Positions 10,637-20,660 of a DNA stretch of 64,000 bases are shown one piece after another. A program made the translations under genes and the position numbers. Below the pieces are notes generated by a model. It was not told where the DNA came from. It worked only from the letters and a program-made list of their open reading frames with translations, and did not search any database. The stretch's first letter is position 1. Every line of letters starts with the position of its first letter. This stretch comes from an uncultured Methanosarcinales archaeon (GTDB lineage: Archaea; Nanobdellota; Nanobdellia; Woesearchaeales; GW2011-AR15): contig CAYTWW010000004.1 in NCBI GenBank assembly GCA_964441565.1, positions 35,407-99,406 of the forward strand, written 5' to 3'.

Positions 10637-11881
10637 ATGAAGAGACTCTCCGGATTCCTTGCTGATAAGCTTGTCGCAAACTCTCTTCTGCTTATCATCG
10701 ATGCTGGTTTCATGGCAGGAGTAGGTTTCCTGTTCTGGAAGATTGTGACATATTTCCTAGATCCTGCTGAAGTAGGGATAGCTTCCACAGTGCTGTCTGC
10801 AGTGGCATTCCTCGCCAATCTTTCCCTTCTAGGTTTTGACATGGCGATAATCAGGCATCTCGCGAAGGCCGACGACCGGAGGGAACTTACGAGATCCCTG
10901 CTCAGCGCTACCACGATAGCAGCGATTATCGCAGGGGGCCTCTTCCTTGTCCTGACGGATGTTGTGGCGCCTAAGCTTGCGTTCCTTCTCGACCATGCCT
11001 GGCTCGCGGCTGCCTTCATCATGATCGTCGTCTTCAATACTGCCTTCCTGTTCATCGATGCCATTCTGATATCCAAGGGAAACATCTTCCATAAGCTCTT
11101 CAAGACTTCTGTCTTCAATCTGACGAAAGTCGGGACAGTGTTCCTCCTTTTTTCGATGGGCGCAGGAGGGATCCTCATCGGCTACGGAAGCTCAGTCGCT
11201 CTGGCTGTGGTCTTCTCTGTGGCAATGCTTTGGAGGACGCACGGCACAGACAGCATAACCCTGGGCTTCCCTAAGGTGAGTGTCATAAAGGAGTATGCAG
11301 GCCTGTCCTTCGCAAATTTCTTCTCCCGGGTCGTCTCGAACCTGCCGAGCGTGGCTCTACCTCTGATTGTCCTGTATCATCTCACACCAAGCGATGCGGC
11401 ATTCCTCAACATATCTGTCATGCTCTCCTCCATCATAGCAAATGTCTCAAGCGGGATATCTGCATCGCTCTTCTCATCTGGATCTGGCGATGATAACCAT
11501 TCCCCCTATATCAAGAAGAGCATCCTCCTCACTTTCGCCCTTCTCCTGCCGGCAATCGCATTCCTTGTCTTATTCGCAAGGCCGATCCTGGGCTTCTTCG
11601 GCGCAGAATACTCTGAGAATGCGCTTGATCTCTTCCGCCTGCTTTGCATCAGCCAGCTCGGCTTCGCCGTAGAATCGATAATCTTCATCGTCATGAACCT
11701 CAAGAAGGATGGTAAAGGCATAATCTCGATGACTGCTCTTGTAGCCCTCATCACGATCATGTCATCTCTGTTTGTGAAGGATCTCGGCATCGCATGGGTC
11801 GGTGTCTCATACATCATAGCATATGTGGTAGCGATCCTGGTGTTTGGAAACAGGCTGCTGGAGCATATGGACAATGCGTAA
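10637..11881 (+). CDS. Oligo/polysaccharide flippase (MOP superfamily, Wzx/PST-like)
   Basis: 414 aa with ~12 TM and the typical PST-family topology and composition. Confidence 0.65.
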   Translation: MKRLSGFLADKLVANSLLLIIDAGFMAGVGFLFWKIVTYFLDPAEVGIASTVLSAVAFLANLSLLGFDMAIIRHLAKADDRRELTRSLLSATTIAAIIAGGLFLVLTDVVAPKLAFLLDHAWLAAAFIMIVVFNTAFLFIDAILISKGNIFHKLFKTSVFNLTKVGTVFLLFSMGAGGILIGYGSSVALAVVFSVAMLWRTHGTDSITLGFPKVSVIKEYAGLSFANFFSRVVSNLPSVALPLIVLYHLTPSDAAFLNISVMLSSIIANVSSGISASLFSSGSGDDNHSPYIKKSILLTFALLLPAIAFLVLFARPILGFFGAEYSENALDLFRLLCISQLGFAVESIIFIVMNLKKDGKGIISMTALVALITIMSSLFVKDLGIAWVGVSYIIAYVVAILVFGNRLLEHMDNA

Positions 11882-13199
11882 GCGAGTATGGACTTTGATA
11901 GTGGTAGCGGTGGTCGTGCTTGCCTGCCTTCTATTCATCCTCATGCAGGAGGAAAGACCTGTCGAGGTCATCATCCCTCCTGAGCACGTGAAGGCATTCC
12001 CTGGTGCGATCGGCTACGGTTCTGACACGCCTGGAGGAAGAGGCGGCAGGACCATATACGTCACAAGCACTGAAGACAGCGGCCCAGGAAGCCTCAGGGA
12101 AGCGCTCAAGGCTGAAGGCAAGAGGATAGTCGTCTTTGCCGTCGCAGGGACGATACACCTGAAGGAGCCGCTCGATATATCAAGGCCATATGTGACAATC
12201 GCAGGCCAGACTGCCCCAGCACCTGGGATAACGCTTGTCGGAGCACCGATGACAATCAGGACGCATGATGTGATAGTCCGGCATATAAGAAGCAGGCCAG
12301 GGGACGGGCCAGGATTCGATCCAGAGGACAGGGACGGTTTCCAGATACTTGATGCGAAAGATGTCATCCTTGATCATGTCTCAGCGACATGGGCCATCGA
12401 TGAGAACATCGGGCTTTGGTACTCTCCGAGCGATATCACCATACAGGATTCGATAATAGCAGAAGCCCTGTATGAGAGCAGGCATCCTGAAGGGATCCAC
12501 AGCATGGGCCTCTTGGTCGGAGATGGCTCTCAGCGAGTGACTGTCGCACGCAATCTCTTCGCCCACAACAATGAGAGGAATCCTCTTATGAAAGGTGGCA
12601 CAAGGACAGATATCGTCAATAATGTCGTCTATGGCTGGTGCCCGGGAGGATGGGGCACCCATTTCGCTGATCCCGAAGACTCCGGACCTCTCCAGGCAAG
12701 AGTGGTGGCCAACTACTATATCGGTGCAAGGAGATGCACTGCCCCCATCAAGCTCTCTGAGATAGATAAGAAGTCAAGGATATCTGTGACAGGTAATATT
12801 CTTGAAGCACGAGGCTACAAGTCAAGCGCTGACATGGACCTCCTGCGCATCGCATCTCATATCCTGGATGGTGAGCCCGGAATCTTTGATTTTGATATAC
12901 TGTCAGCTGAAGCGTCTTATGATCGTGTGATCAGCTCAGCCGGAGCATTCCCCCGCGACGGCATCGATTCCCGCATTGTCGAAGAGACGCAGGAAAGGAG
13001 AGGAAGCAAGATCGATTCTCCCCCAGAAGGATATCCTGCCCCTGCCGGAATCATCCCACTCTTGGACTCAGACCTTGACGGGATGCCTGACAGCTGGGAA
13101 GAGACCCATGGGCTTGATCCTGCTGATGCCTCAGACAGTGTGGCAGACAGGGATGGCGACGGCTACACGAATATCGAGGAATACATCAACTCTATCTGA
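11874..13199 (+). CDS. Secreted right-handed beta-helix protein, pectate-lyase-like (PL1-type), with C-terminal Ca-binding D-x-D-x-D motifs
   Basis: Internal ATG at 11874 (MRKRVWTLIVVAVVVLACLLFIL signal/anchor). …DGFQILDAKDVILDHVSATWAIDENIG… resembles the vWiDH region of pectate lyases. C-terminal …DSDLDGMPDSWEETHGLDPADASDSVADRDGDGYTNIEEY…. Confidence 0.55.
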   Translation: MRKRVWTLIVVAVVVLACLLFILMQEERPVEVIIPPEHVKAFPGAIGYGSDTPGGRGGRTIYVTSTEDSGPGSLREALKAEGKRIVVFAVAGTIHLKEPLDISRPYVTIAGQTAPAPGITLVGAPMTIRTHDVIVRHIRSRPGDGPGFDPEDRDGFQILDAKDVILDHVSATWAIDENIGLWYSPSDITIQDSIIAEALYESRHPEGIHSMGLLVGDGSQRVTVARNLFAHNNERNPLMKGGTRTDIVNNVVYGWCPGGWGTHFADPEDSGPLQARVVANYYIGARRCTAPIKLSEIDKKSRISVTGNILEARGYKSSADMDLLRIASHILDGEPGIFDFDILSAEASYDRVISSAGAFPRDGIDSRIVEETQERRGSKIDSPPEGYPAPAGIIPLLDSDLDGMPDSWEETHGLDPADASDSVADRDGDGYTNIEEYINSI

Positions 13200-13299
13200 T
13201 GAGCTAGGTGTGAAGTGCTGGAATAATCGTAAGGAAGTACTTGAGGCTCCAATGCATCAGAGGTTACAGGTACTAGTATGCAAGTCCTATGTGCCTGGT

Positions 13300-13600
13300 G
13301 ATCCTACTATGAAAGGAAGCACCCAGTCCCATGAATGGTTTTATGCAGTGATGGGAGAAAAAAGAATTTTTGAACATTTTTTCCGTCCTGGAAATCTCTT
13401 TTTGCTGGCTCAAGATCAGGGAATACCTTAAAAAAGAGACCTGGAAAAACTGAATCAATTTATTCCGATCACTGCTTCCATTGTGTGATATCGGAACCTC
13501 GGTACTACCAGGACGCAAGTCCTAAGTGCCAGGGGAGAATCGATGCCAAGACTAACGACCTGACTACCTTGGTGATGCCTAGGATCCTGTGTACTAGGTG
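13300..13600. repeat. Copy A of a dispersed composite intergenic repeat family (forward orientation)
   Basis: Shares ordered blocks with loci at 28.2, 39.4-39.8 and 48.7-49.1 kb: GTGATGGGAGAAAAAAGAATTTTT…TCTCTTTTT-loop-AAAAAAGAGACCTGGAAAAAC…TTCCGATCAC, then hairpin unit ACCAGGACGCAAGTCCTAAG and CTACCTTGG. Confidence 0.75.
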
Positions 13601-13629
13601 GGTCAACCCCTTTCTCCTTCCAGGCAAAC

Positions 13630-13640
13630 CTATAAAAACT
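13630..13640 (+). promoter_or_regulatory. TATA-like box (CTATAAAAACT) ~25 bp upstream of the 13664 start
   Basis: Position and composition typical of an archaeal TATA. Confidence 0.35.
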
Positions 13641-13663
13641 CATTCCACATGTATGGCTTTAGG

Positions 13664-13927
13664 ATGGAGACAGCAAAGAGAGATGAGATCCTAGCCAGGA
13701 TACTGGAGCTCAAGAAGAAGCAGGACCCGACAATGCTTGAGAAGCTCAAGGTCATAAGGTTCTACTACAACACTGAGAAGCTTGAGAAGGAGCGCATCTA
13801 CAAGGAAGTGCCCTGGCCAAAGAAAGATGTCGACAGCATCCTCGAGGACCTGGACAAGGAAAGGCAGAAACCACGGCCAAAGAGATATTACGTCAGCCTG
13901 AAAGAGCCGCTTGAAGAAGGATATTAG
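13664..13927 (+). CDS. Small Lys/Glu-rich hypothetical protein (88 aa)
   Basis: ORF track 13598..13927. ATG at 13664 (METAKRDEILARILELKKKQ…) fits the TATA spacing. No recognisable domain. Confidence 0.4.
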   Translation: METAKRDEILARILELKKKQDPTMLEKLKVIRFYYNTEKLEKERIYKEVPWPKKDVDSILEDLDKERQKPRPKRYYVSLKEPLEEGY

Positions 13928-13942
13928 AACATTCTTATAACT

Positions 13943-13955
13943 AAATATAAATAGA
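13943..13955 (+). promoter_or_regulatory. TATA-like box (TAAATATAAATAG) ~27 bp upstream of 13978
   Basis: AT-rich box at the canonical distance from the ATG. Confidence 0.35.
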
Positions 13956-13977
13956 AATTACAAGATATAGTATCTTT

Positions 13978-14661
13978 GTGTTCAATAGTCATGCTAGAAT
14001 TGAGCGAGAGATGCCTTCTTCCTTAAGGACTCATCTTCTAAACAGAGTTCCATCATGGGAGAAGAAGATTGTTGGAAATATTAGAATCTACTTGAAAGAT
14101 CAACTGGATGATTCCTCCATGAATGGATACTATTCTAGCAGTGCAAATAGAATAGTAATAAGGACTGGTTGCGATTATACGAGTACTTTTTTCCATGAAT
14201 GGGGACATGCTTTTGACCACAAAGTCGGCATTCATCTATATAATACAAGGATATCACTGACTGATGAATGGGTTAGGCTGTCACGGAAGCACAGAGAGAT
14301 ACTTAATGAGAAAGGTATACTCTCTCAGTACTGGTCTGCACAGCTTGAAGGAGAGGCCTTTGCTGAGGCTTATAGGAAACTTAGAAGCGGTGAAGAGCTG
14401 CCAAACGACATAAAATCCTTTTTCAATTACCTTGAACATAAGGAAATTCTTGAGCTCAGCGAAAAATTAAGGAGAGACTTTCCCCTTAGTGAGACCCAAC
14501 GTGATAGGAAGCTAAATGAACCACCAAGAGTGCTTAGCCAGTATTCTCGAGAATGGGTTAGTAGGGATCTTAAGGAAAAACTTGACTCTCCAAATACTAA
14601 ATCCAGTCATATCAGTTGGATCTCGGATTTATTTGGCAAGCTTATCAGGCGAAGAAATTAG
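13978..14661 (+). CDS. Putative gluzincin-type zinc metallopeptidase (HExxH…E), compositionally atypical
   Basis: …CDYTSTFFHEWGHAFDHKVG… (HExxH) followed ~50 aa later by …QLEGEAFAEAYRKL… as a candidate third ligand. The ORF is ~40% GC against ~50% for its neighbours. Confidence 0.45.
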   Translation: MFNSHARIEREMPSSLRTHLLNRVPSWEKKIVGNIRIYLKDQLDDSSMNGYYSSSANRIVIRTGCDYTSTFFHEWGHAFDHKVGIHLYNTRISLTDEWVRLSRKHREILNEKGILSQYWSAQLEGEAFAEAYRKLRSGEELPNDIKSFFNYLEHKEILELSEKLRRDFPLSETQRDRKLNEPPRVLSQYSREWVSRDLKEKLDSPNTKSSHISWISDLFGKLIRRRN

Positions 14662-15272
14662 TTTTTGTTCTTGATCCTCTTGGTCCTGAAGATCGTCTCT
14701 CTCTCTTGTTCTTCAAGCCTCAGCTCAATGAAGCTTTTGACCCGCATGAGCTTCGGGATGACCTCGAACTCAAGCGCATTGACTCTCCTCTTTGTCCTGT
14801 CTATCTCAGACAGCAGACGCTTGAGGCTTGTCTCCACCTCAGCTGCCAGCAGGATATATTCAAGCAGCTCCTCATAGGCGCTTGTCGCCTCCATCGCAGG
14901 GATGCTTGGCGACATCAGCCCATATCCCCTGTCCATCAGCTTCTTCTTCTGTATGCTTGAATCTATCTTTGGTACGACCACGCCCATGATGTTCTTTGTC
15001 GTGACAGTCACTTCTGGCTGGTCCTTGATCGCAAGTGCGAGTGAATGCAGCTCAAGGTCGCTGTCCATGACGCGTGCCATATCTACCTTGCTGTGCGCAT
15101 CCTTGTACTTGGCAGCAAGCTCCTTCCTGATGCTCCTTATCCTCTTCAAGACTTCGAAGAACTCGAGGATGAGCCCATCTCTCTTCTTCTTCAGGAGCTT
15201 ATGGCCAGACCTCGCTAATTTGATCCTGTTCTTCAGCTTCATCAGCTCTGAGCGGGTTGGTTTGATATCCAT
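14658..15272 (-). CDS. atpD: A1AO (V/A-type) ATP synthase subunit D
   Basis: MDIKPTRSELMKLKNRIKLARSGHKLLKKKRDGLILEF… is the typical coiled-coil subunit D. It is the last gene of the H-I-K-E-C-F-A-B-D operon. Confidence 0.85.
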   Translation of the reverse strand: MDIKPTRSELMKLKNRIKLARSGHKLLKKKRDGLILEFFEVLKRIRSIRKELAAKYKDAHSKVDMARVMDSDLELHSLALAIKDQPEVTVTTKNIMGVVVPKIDSSIQKKKLMDRGYGLMSPSIPAMEATSAYEELLEYILLAAEVETSLKRLLSEIDRTKRRVNALEFEVIPKLMRVKSFIELRLEEQERETIFRTKRIKNKN

Positions 15273-15413
15273 GTTCTTCTTTCACGAGGAAGCTTTTGGC
15301 TTCCAGTGCCCAGGAAATCCCGGATTTCCTTGGGCTTTGACTCCACCTTTCTTTGGAAGATTCAAAGAAAGGTGGATTCTCTGGGTTCTTTGTCTTTTAT
15401 TGTATGTTAGAAT

Positions 15414-16802
15414 CTATTCTTTCCCAGGATAATACTTCTCCCTGAGCTCAGGTTTTATCCTTGTCAGCATCTGCTTAGGCATCCTGCCCATCAGCTCCCA
15501 TCCAAGCCCAAGCGTCCTCTGGATATCCCTGTTCTCAGTCTTTGCCTGCCTGACAAACTCAGCCTCGAAATCATCTGCGAACTTGAGGAGCTTCTTATCC
15601 TTGTCAGACAAGGCTTCCTCTCCGACGATCGCGACAAGCCCTCTCAGGTCCCTTCCTTCAGCATAGTTCGCATACAGCTGGTCAGAGACTTGCTTGTGGT
15701 CCTCTCTTGTCTTCTCAGGGCCGATGCCAGAATTCATCAGTCTTGATAGCGACGGGAGGATGTCGATAGGAGGATAGACTCCCTTCCTGTGCAGGTCTCG
15801 CGCAAGCACTATCTGTCCCTCTGTGATGTATCCTGTGAGATCAGGGATAGGATGAGTGATATCGTCGCCCATCATCGTGAGGATAGGGATCTGGGTTATC
15901 GAACCTTTCTTCCCCTTGATCATGCCTGCCCTCTCATAGAGGGATGCGAGATCTGTGTACATGTATCCAGGATATCCCCTTCGCCCTGGGATCTCTTCCC
16001 TCGCTGCGCCTATCTCCCGAAGCGCTTCGCAGTAGTTTGTCATGTCTGTCATGATGACAAGCACATGCATGTCATGCTCGAATGCAAGATACTCAGCAGC
16101 TGTGAGAGCCATCCTTGGTGTGATAAGCCTTTCGACTGCTGGATCATTCGCAAGGTTGAGGAACACGACAGCCCTCTCAAGCGCACCGGTCTTCTCGAAA
16201 TCCCTGATGAAATACTGGGACTCCTCGTTTGTGATGCCCATGGCTGCGAAGACGACTGCGAAATTCTCTCCCTTCCCAGCGACCTTGGCCTGCCTTGCTA
16301 TCTGGAGCGCGATCTCATTATGGGGGAGGCCGCTTCCTGAGAAGATCGGCAGCTTCTGCCCCCTGACGAGAGTATTACAGCCATCTATTGTCGAGATCCC
16401 TGTCTGTATGAAATCAGCCGGGCTTCTCCTCGAATATGGATTTATCGCCTGTCCTGTTATCTCCAGCCTCTGTTCCGGGACTATCTCAGGCCCCCCATCG
16501 ATCGGTTTCCCAGAGCCGGAGAGGATCCTCCCAAGCATATCCTTTGCCACATTCAGCTTGATTGTCTCTCCAAGGAATTTCACCCATGTGTTGTTCCGGT
16601 CTATGCCGCCTGTCCCTTCGAAGACCTGGACGACGACGATATCCTTGCTTGTGTCAAGCACCTGGCCGTTCTTGATGGTCCCGTCGGAAAGCCTGATCTC
16701 GACAAGGTCATTGTACCCCACCTCGTGAGTCTTCTCGACGAAGATGAGCGGTCCTTCGATACTCTTTATGGTCTTGTATTCCTTTAGCATCATGATCACC
16801 AC
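15414..16802 (-). CDS. atpB: A1AO ATP synthase subunit B (regulatory)
   Basis: …[20 protein letters not shown]… and a conserved subunit B core. The start may be the internal MLKEYK at 16790. Confidence 0.9.
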   Translation of the reverse strand: MVIMMLKEYKTIKSIEGPLIFVEKTHEVGYNDLVEIRLSDGTIKNGQVLDTSKDIVVVQVFEGTGGIDRNNTWVKFLGETIKLNVAKDMLGRILSGSGKPIDGGPEIVPEQRLEITGQAINPYSRRSPADFIQTGISTIDGCNTLVRGQKLPIFSGSGLPHNEIALQIARQAKVAGKGENFAVVFAAMGITNEESQYFIRDFEKTGALERAVVFLNLANDPAVERLITPRMALTAAEYLAFEHDMHVLVIMTDMTNYCEALREIGAAREEIPGRRGYPGYMYTDLASLYERAGMIKGKKGSITQIPILTMMGDDITHPIPDLTGYITEGQIVLARDLHRKGVYPPIDILPSLSRLMNSGIGPEKTREDHKQVSDQLYANYAEGRDLRGLVAIVGEEALSDKDKKLLKFADDFEAEFVRQAKTENRDIQRTLGLGWELMGRMPKQMLTRIKPELREKYYPGKE

Positions 16803-18541
16803 GCAGAAGCTTTCTCGAACTCCTGCTTCATCTCCCTCTTGATCTCCTGTATCTCTGTCTTGTAATCTTCTATGAACTTGATGTTTGCCATGCGCTCCTT
16901 GGCATCCATCGTGATCACGCTGTCGATGGTAGCTCCATCTTCAAGCGACTTCCTCGCGCTCTCTGCGAAGAACTCGATGAGTTCCATGATCATATAGGTC
17001 TTCTCAAGCGGACAGTAGGTGTCCACATCATGGAATGCGTTCTGCTGGAGGAAGAACTCCCTTATCATCCTCGCGACCTCGAGGGTCAGCTGCTGCCTCT
17101 CAGGGAGCGCGTCGCTTCCCACAAGCTGCACGATCTCAAGAAGCTTCTCCTCTTCCTGGAGATAGCTCATCATCTTCCCGACAAGCACGCTCCAGTCCTT
17201 GTTCACGCTCTGGTTGAACCAGCCGGAGAGAGTGTCCATGTAGAGGCTGTATGATGTCAGCCAGTTTATCGATGGGAAATGCCTTCTCTGCGCAAGCCTT
17301 GGATCAAGCGCCCAGAATGTCTTTATGACCCTGAGCGTATTCTGGGTGACAGGCTCGCTGAAATCCCCTCCTGGAGGACTCACTGCCCCTATCACGCTGA
17401 CTGACCCCTCTGGCCCTGACAAGGCGACAACTTTCCCAGCTCTCTCGTAGAACTGTGCAAGCCTTGTCGAAAGGTATGCAGGATAGCCTTCCTCCCCTGG
17501 CATCTCCTCAAGCCTTGATGAGATCTCCCTCATCGCCTCTGCCCAACGCGATGTGGAGTCTGCCATGAGCGCCACATGATAGCCCATGTCCCGGTAGTAT
17601 TCTGCGATAGTCATCCCTGTGTATACGCTCGCCTCTCTGGCAGCAACAGGCATGTTTGAGGTGTTTGCGATGAGGACAGTCCTGTTCATCAAAGGCTTCT
17701 TTGACTTTGGATCCTCAAGCTCAGGGAACTCAGTGAGGACTTCTGTCATCTCATTGCCTCGCTCTCCGCAGCCGATGTAGACGATGATATCAGCATCAGC
17801 CCATTTGGCAAGGCTCTGCTGTGTGACAGTCTTTCCTGTCCCGAATCCACCTGGGATCGCTGCCATCCCTCCCTTGGCAAGCGGGAATAGCGCGTCTATG
17901 ACGCGCTGGCCAGTGATGAGAGGGACCTCAGGTGTGAGCTTCTTCTTCGAGATCCTCGGAGTCCTGACAGGCCATCTCTGCGCAAGCTTGAGCACCTCTC
18001 CGTTGTCAAGCTTGGCGACAGTCTCCTCGACTGTGTATTCTCCGCTCTTGATCTCTGAGATCCTTCCTTTGTATCTTGGATAAGGAGGGACCATGATCCT
18101 GTGGATTATCCCAGGAGACTCTTCCACAGTGCCGATGACCATGCCTGGCTCGACTGCATCCCCTTTCTTTAAATCAGGCTTGAACATCCACTTCTTCTTC
18201 ACATCAAGACCATTCGCGCTGACTCCTCTCTGGATGAAATTCCCCATCTCCTCCTCAAGGACCGGAAGCGGCCTCTGGATGCCATCATAGATGCTTGTCA
18301 GGAGCCCAGGTCCCAGGTTCACAGACAACGGCTCGCCCGTATTCACGACAGGCTCGCCAGGCCTTATCCTCGAAGTGTCTTCATACACCTGGATCGTGAC
18401 CTTGTCACCTTCTATTTGGATGACCTCGCCCATCAGTTTCTCTTCTCCCACTGTTACAAGGTCGTACATGCGTGCCTCAAGGCCTTCGGCGACTATCACC
18501 GGGCCTGCTATCCTGTAGATTGTTCCTTTCATTATTATCAC
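16796..18541 (-). CDS. atpA: A1AO ATP synthase subunit A (catalytic)
   Basis: Walker [11 protein letters not shown], …[21 protein letters not shown]…. At 581 aa it has the non-homologous insert region typical of A-type A subunits. Confidence 0.95.
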   Translation of the reverse strand: MIIMKGTIYRIAGPVIVAEGLEARMYDLVTVGEEKLMGEVIQIEGDKVTIQVYEDTSRIRPGEPVVNTGEPLSVNLGPGLLTSIYDGIQRPLPVLEEEMGNFIQRGVSANGLDVKKKWMFKPDLKKGDAVEPGMVIGTVEESPGIIHRIMVPPYPRYKGRISEIKSGEYTVEETVAKLDNGEVLKLAQRWPVRTPRISKKKLTPEVPLITGQRVIDALFPLAKGGMAAIPGGFGTGKTVTQQSLAKWADADIIVYIGCGERGNEMTEVLTEFPELEDPKSKKPLMNRTVLIANTSNMPVAAREASVYTGMTIAEYYRDMGYHVALMADSTSRWAEAMREISSRLEEMPGEEGYPAYLSTRLAQFYERAGKVVALSGPEGSVSVIGAVSPPGGDFSEPVTQNTLRVIKTFWALDPRLAQRRHFPSINWLTSYSLYMDTLSGWFNQSVNKDWSVLVGKMMSYLQEEEKLLEIVQLVGSDALPERQQLTLEVARMIREFFLQQNAFHDVDTYCPLEKTYMIMELIEFFAESARKSLEDGATIDSVITMDAKERMANIKFIEDYKTEIQEIKREMKQEFEKASAW

Positions 18542-18855
18542 ATCGATGACAGGTCCACACCAAGAGAGTTCTTTATCATCTCGTCAAGATGCTCCTGTTC
18601 TTCCTTCTCTGAGAGAGCCATGAATATAGGCTTGGAAAGATTGTCGAGTCTCTTCCTCATCTCCTTGGACAGCTGTGCCATGGTCTTCTCATCCGAGACG
18701 ACTATCCCTGCGTCCCTGGTGGTCGCGAGGTCTGAGAAGAGCCTGTCAAGCTCCTGCTGGCTGGCTCCTTCAGGGACACTCACGATATCCCGTATCCCTG
18801 CGAGCTCGAACCCCAGCGTGAACTGCGAGTCCCCCACAACAAATATCCTGGCCAT
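18538..18855 (-). CDS. atpF: A1AO ATP synthase subunit F
   Basis: 105 aa, [21 protein letters not shown]…. Position between C and A. Confidence 0.8.
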   Translation of the reverse strand: MARIFVVGDSQFTLGFELAGIRDIVSVPEGASQQELDRLFSDLATTRDAGIVVSDEKTMAQLSKEMRKRLDNLSKPIFMALSEKEEQEHLDEMIKNSLGVDLSSM

Positions 18856-18864
18856 CTTCCAATC

Positions 18865-19866
18865 CTATACTACAATCCTTGATTCTATGAAAGCCTCGTC
18901 CAGCCCCAGCTGCTTGGCCTTTATGATCGTGCTGAGATTCCTTATCTCAAGCTCCTTTGCGAACATGTATGCGATTATCGAATTTATCGATTGGGGATAG
19001 TAATGATGGACCTCCTGCGTCTCTCTCAGGAGCATCCTGTCCATCCTTGCCTTGATATCTGTCAGGCTCCCTTCCTTCTCGACAAGTGCGGCGTATGGTC
19101 CTGACCCGATGATCTTGATGGCCGATTCGACATCTTTGGCTTCAGCCATCCTGTCCAGCTCCTGCTTCCTGAGCCTCTTGCCCTCATAGAACAGGAACTC
19201 CTTTATGTCCTTGGGTTCCATGTTAGCCTTCTTGAGCTTGAGCACAGTCTCAAGATTCTGCATATCCACTTCGATCAGCAGGTAATCCCTCAGGTTTGCA
19301 TCCGGCATAGTGGAGACGAACATGAGCAGGTCATGATAATACTGCTTGTCAAGGGCATTCTCGATAGCGACCAGGTTTGATCCTTTCAGGTCTATCCTTG
19401 AGGCATCGATCCCGGATTCCTCGATGATCCCTTCAGGCGTATCCCTGGCAAGCATCCTCTCTATCCTCTTCTCATCGGATGTCCCGCCTGGGACAAGCAT
19501 CTCCTGTATCTTTTCCCTGGGTAGATTGCGCATCTTCCCTCTCAGGATGGTCTTGAGGTTCCAGTAGTCCCGTTTCTTGAGATATTCATCGATCAGGCTC
19601 CTGAGATTGTCATCAGAGATCCGTCTGAGCTTCTCGATCGTCCTCTTGAAGTTTGTGGTGAGCGCAGCTTCAAGGAGAATCACTCCCGACTTTGAGATTG
19701 CATATTTCTCGATCTCATCTTCATATCCGTTCTCTCCCAGATACCTGGTGATCTCAGGTATCTTCATCCTTACAAGCTTCATATACTCTGCTCTGGGGAT
19801 GAGCTTCGAACGCATCACAGAGACGCGCGCGAAGGTGTACGGATTGAACCTGGCCTTAAGCGCCAT
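18865..19866 (-). CDS. atpC: A1AO ATP synthase subunit C
   Basis: 333 aa helical protein at the canonical position. Confidence 0.8.
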   Translation of the reverse strand: MALKARFNPYTFARVSVMRSKLIPRAEYMKLVRMKIPEITRYLGENGYEDEIEKYAISKSGVILLEAALTTNFKRTIEKLRRISDDNLRSLIDEYLKKRDYWNLKTILRGKMRNLPREKIQEMLVPGGTSDEKRIERMLARDTPEGIIEESGIDASRIDLKGSNLVAIENALDKQYYHDLLMFVSTMPDANLRDYLLIEVDMQNLETVLKLKKANMEPKDIKEFLFYEGKRLRKQELDRMAEAKDVESAIKIIGSGPYAALVEKEGSLTDIKARMDRMLLRETQEVHHYYPQSINSIIAYMFAKELEIRNLSTIIKAKQLGLDEAFIESRIVV

Positions 19867-20431
19867 TGAAGTAAGTCCTCGCTATCTGTGGGATGTTCTC
19901 CTGATAAGCCTGCCTCAGCAATGTGTCATAGCTCAGGTCAAGCCTCACAGATCCATCCTTGGAGACAGCGATGATACCTCCTGATATCTGAGCAGGCTCG
20001 ACCTTGGCATCTCCCTTAGGGACATATCCTCTGTCCTTCTCGTTGACCATGATCGTGCCTATGTCCATGATCCCTGATGCCTTTCCAGCAAGAGTCGTCA
20101 CATGGGCCTTGCGTCGCTCAGCAGCGAATCCCTGGATGTTCTCCTTGGCTTCAGCATAGAGTTCAGCGAGAAGCAGGTTCTGGCTCTCCAGGAGCGATCT
20201 CCTCTTCTCGAACTCAAGGCCGCTGAATAGCTGACGCTTGTATGCTTCAGCCTTTCCTCTCGCATCCTCTTCCTGCTGCTCTCTGTACCTTCTGGCCTCT
20301 TCCTCTGCTTTCGAGAGTAACTTCTGCTTCTCGCTCTCAGCTTCCTGGATTATCGCCTTCTCTTTCGCTTTCGCGGTGCTGAGGATGTCCTCCTTCAGCT
20401 CTTCGAATGCCATGGATCTACGCCTGCGCAA
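19856..20431 (-). CDS. atpE: A1AO ATP synthase subunit E
   Basis: 191 aa, charged coiled-coil N-terminus plus globular C-terminus. Position between K and C. Confidence 0.8.
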   Translation of the reverse strand: MRRRRSMAFEELKEDILSTAKAKEKAIIQEAESEKQKLLSKAEEEARRYREQQEEDARGKAEAYKRQLFSGLEFEKRRSLLESQNLLLAELYAEAKENIQGFAAERRKAHVTTLAGKASGIMDIGTIMVNEKDRGYVPKGDAKVEPAQISGGIIAVSKDGSVRLDLSYDTLLRQAYQENIPQIARTYFNGA

Positions 20432-20654
20432 GACCGACTATCAGGATCGCGACGACAAGGCCGAAGATGACTATCGACTCAGGGATGACAGTGAGGATAA
20501 GCCCTTTTCCGAAAAGCTCCTCCTTCTCAGCCATCGCACCGACAGCTGCAGTGCCAATCGCCTGCTCTGCCATCGCAGTCGCGATCGCTGTCGCTCCTAT
20601 AGAGAGTGCCGCACCCAGCGCCACCATTCCTGTTCCTACATCTACCATTTTCAT
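20418..20654 (-). CDS. atpK: A1AO ATP synthase subunit K (proteolipid c, single hairpin ~8 kDa)
   Basis: MKMVDVGTGMVALGAALSIGATAIATAMAEQAIG…LILTVIPESIVIFGLVVAILIVG. Two TM helices, with the conserved carboxylate (E) in helix 2. Confidence 0.9.
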   Translation of the reverse strand: MKMVDVGTGMVALGAALSIGATAIATAMAEQAIGTAAVGAMAEKEELFGKGLILTVIPESIVIFGLVVAILIVGLAQA

Positions 20655-20660
20655 TTCCTC

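Noticed and set aside
20418-20654. Using the proteolipid sequence to infer Na+ versus H+ coupling of the ATP synthase
   Set aside because: The ion-binding signature cannot be judged reliably by eye from one short hairpin, and the call would be speculative.
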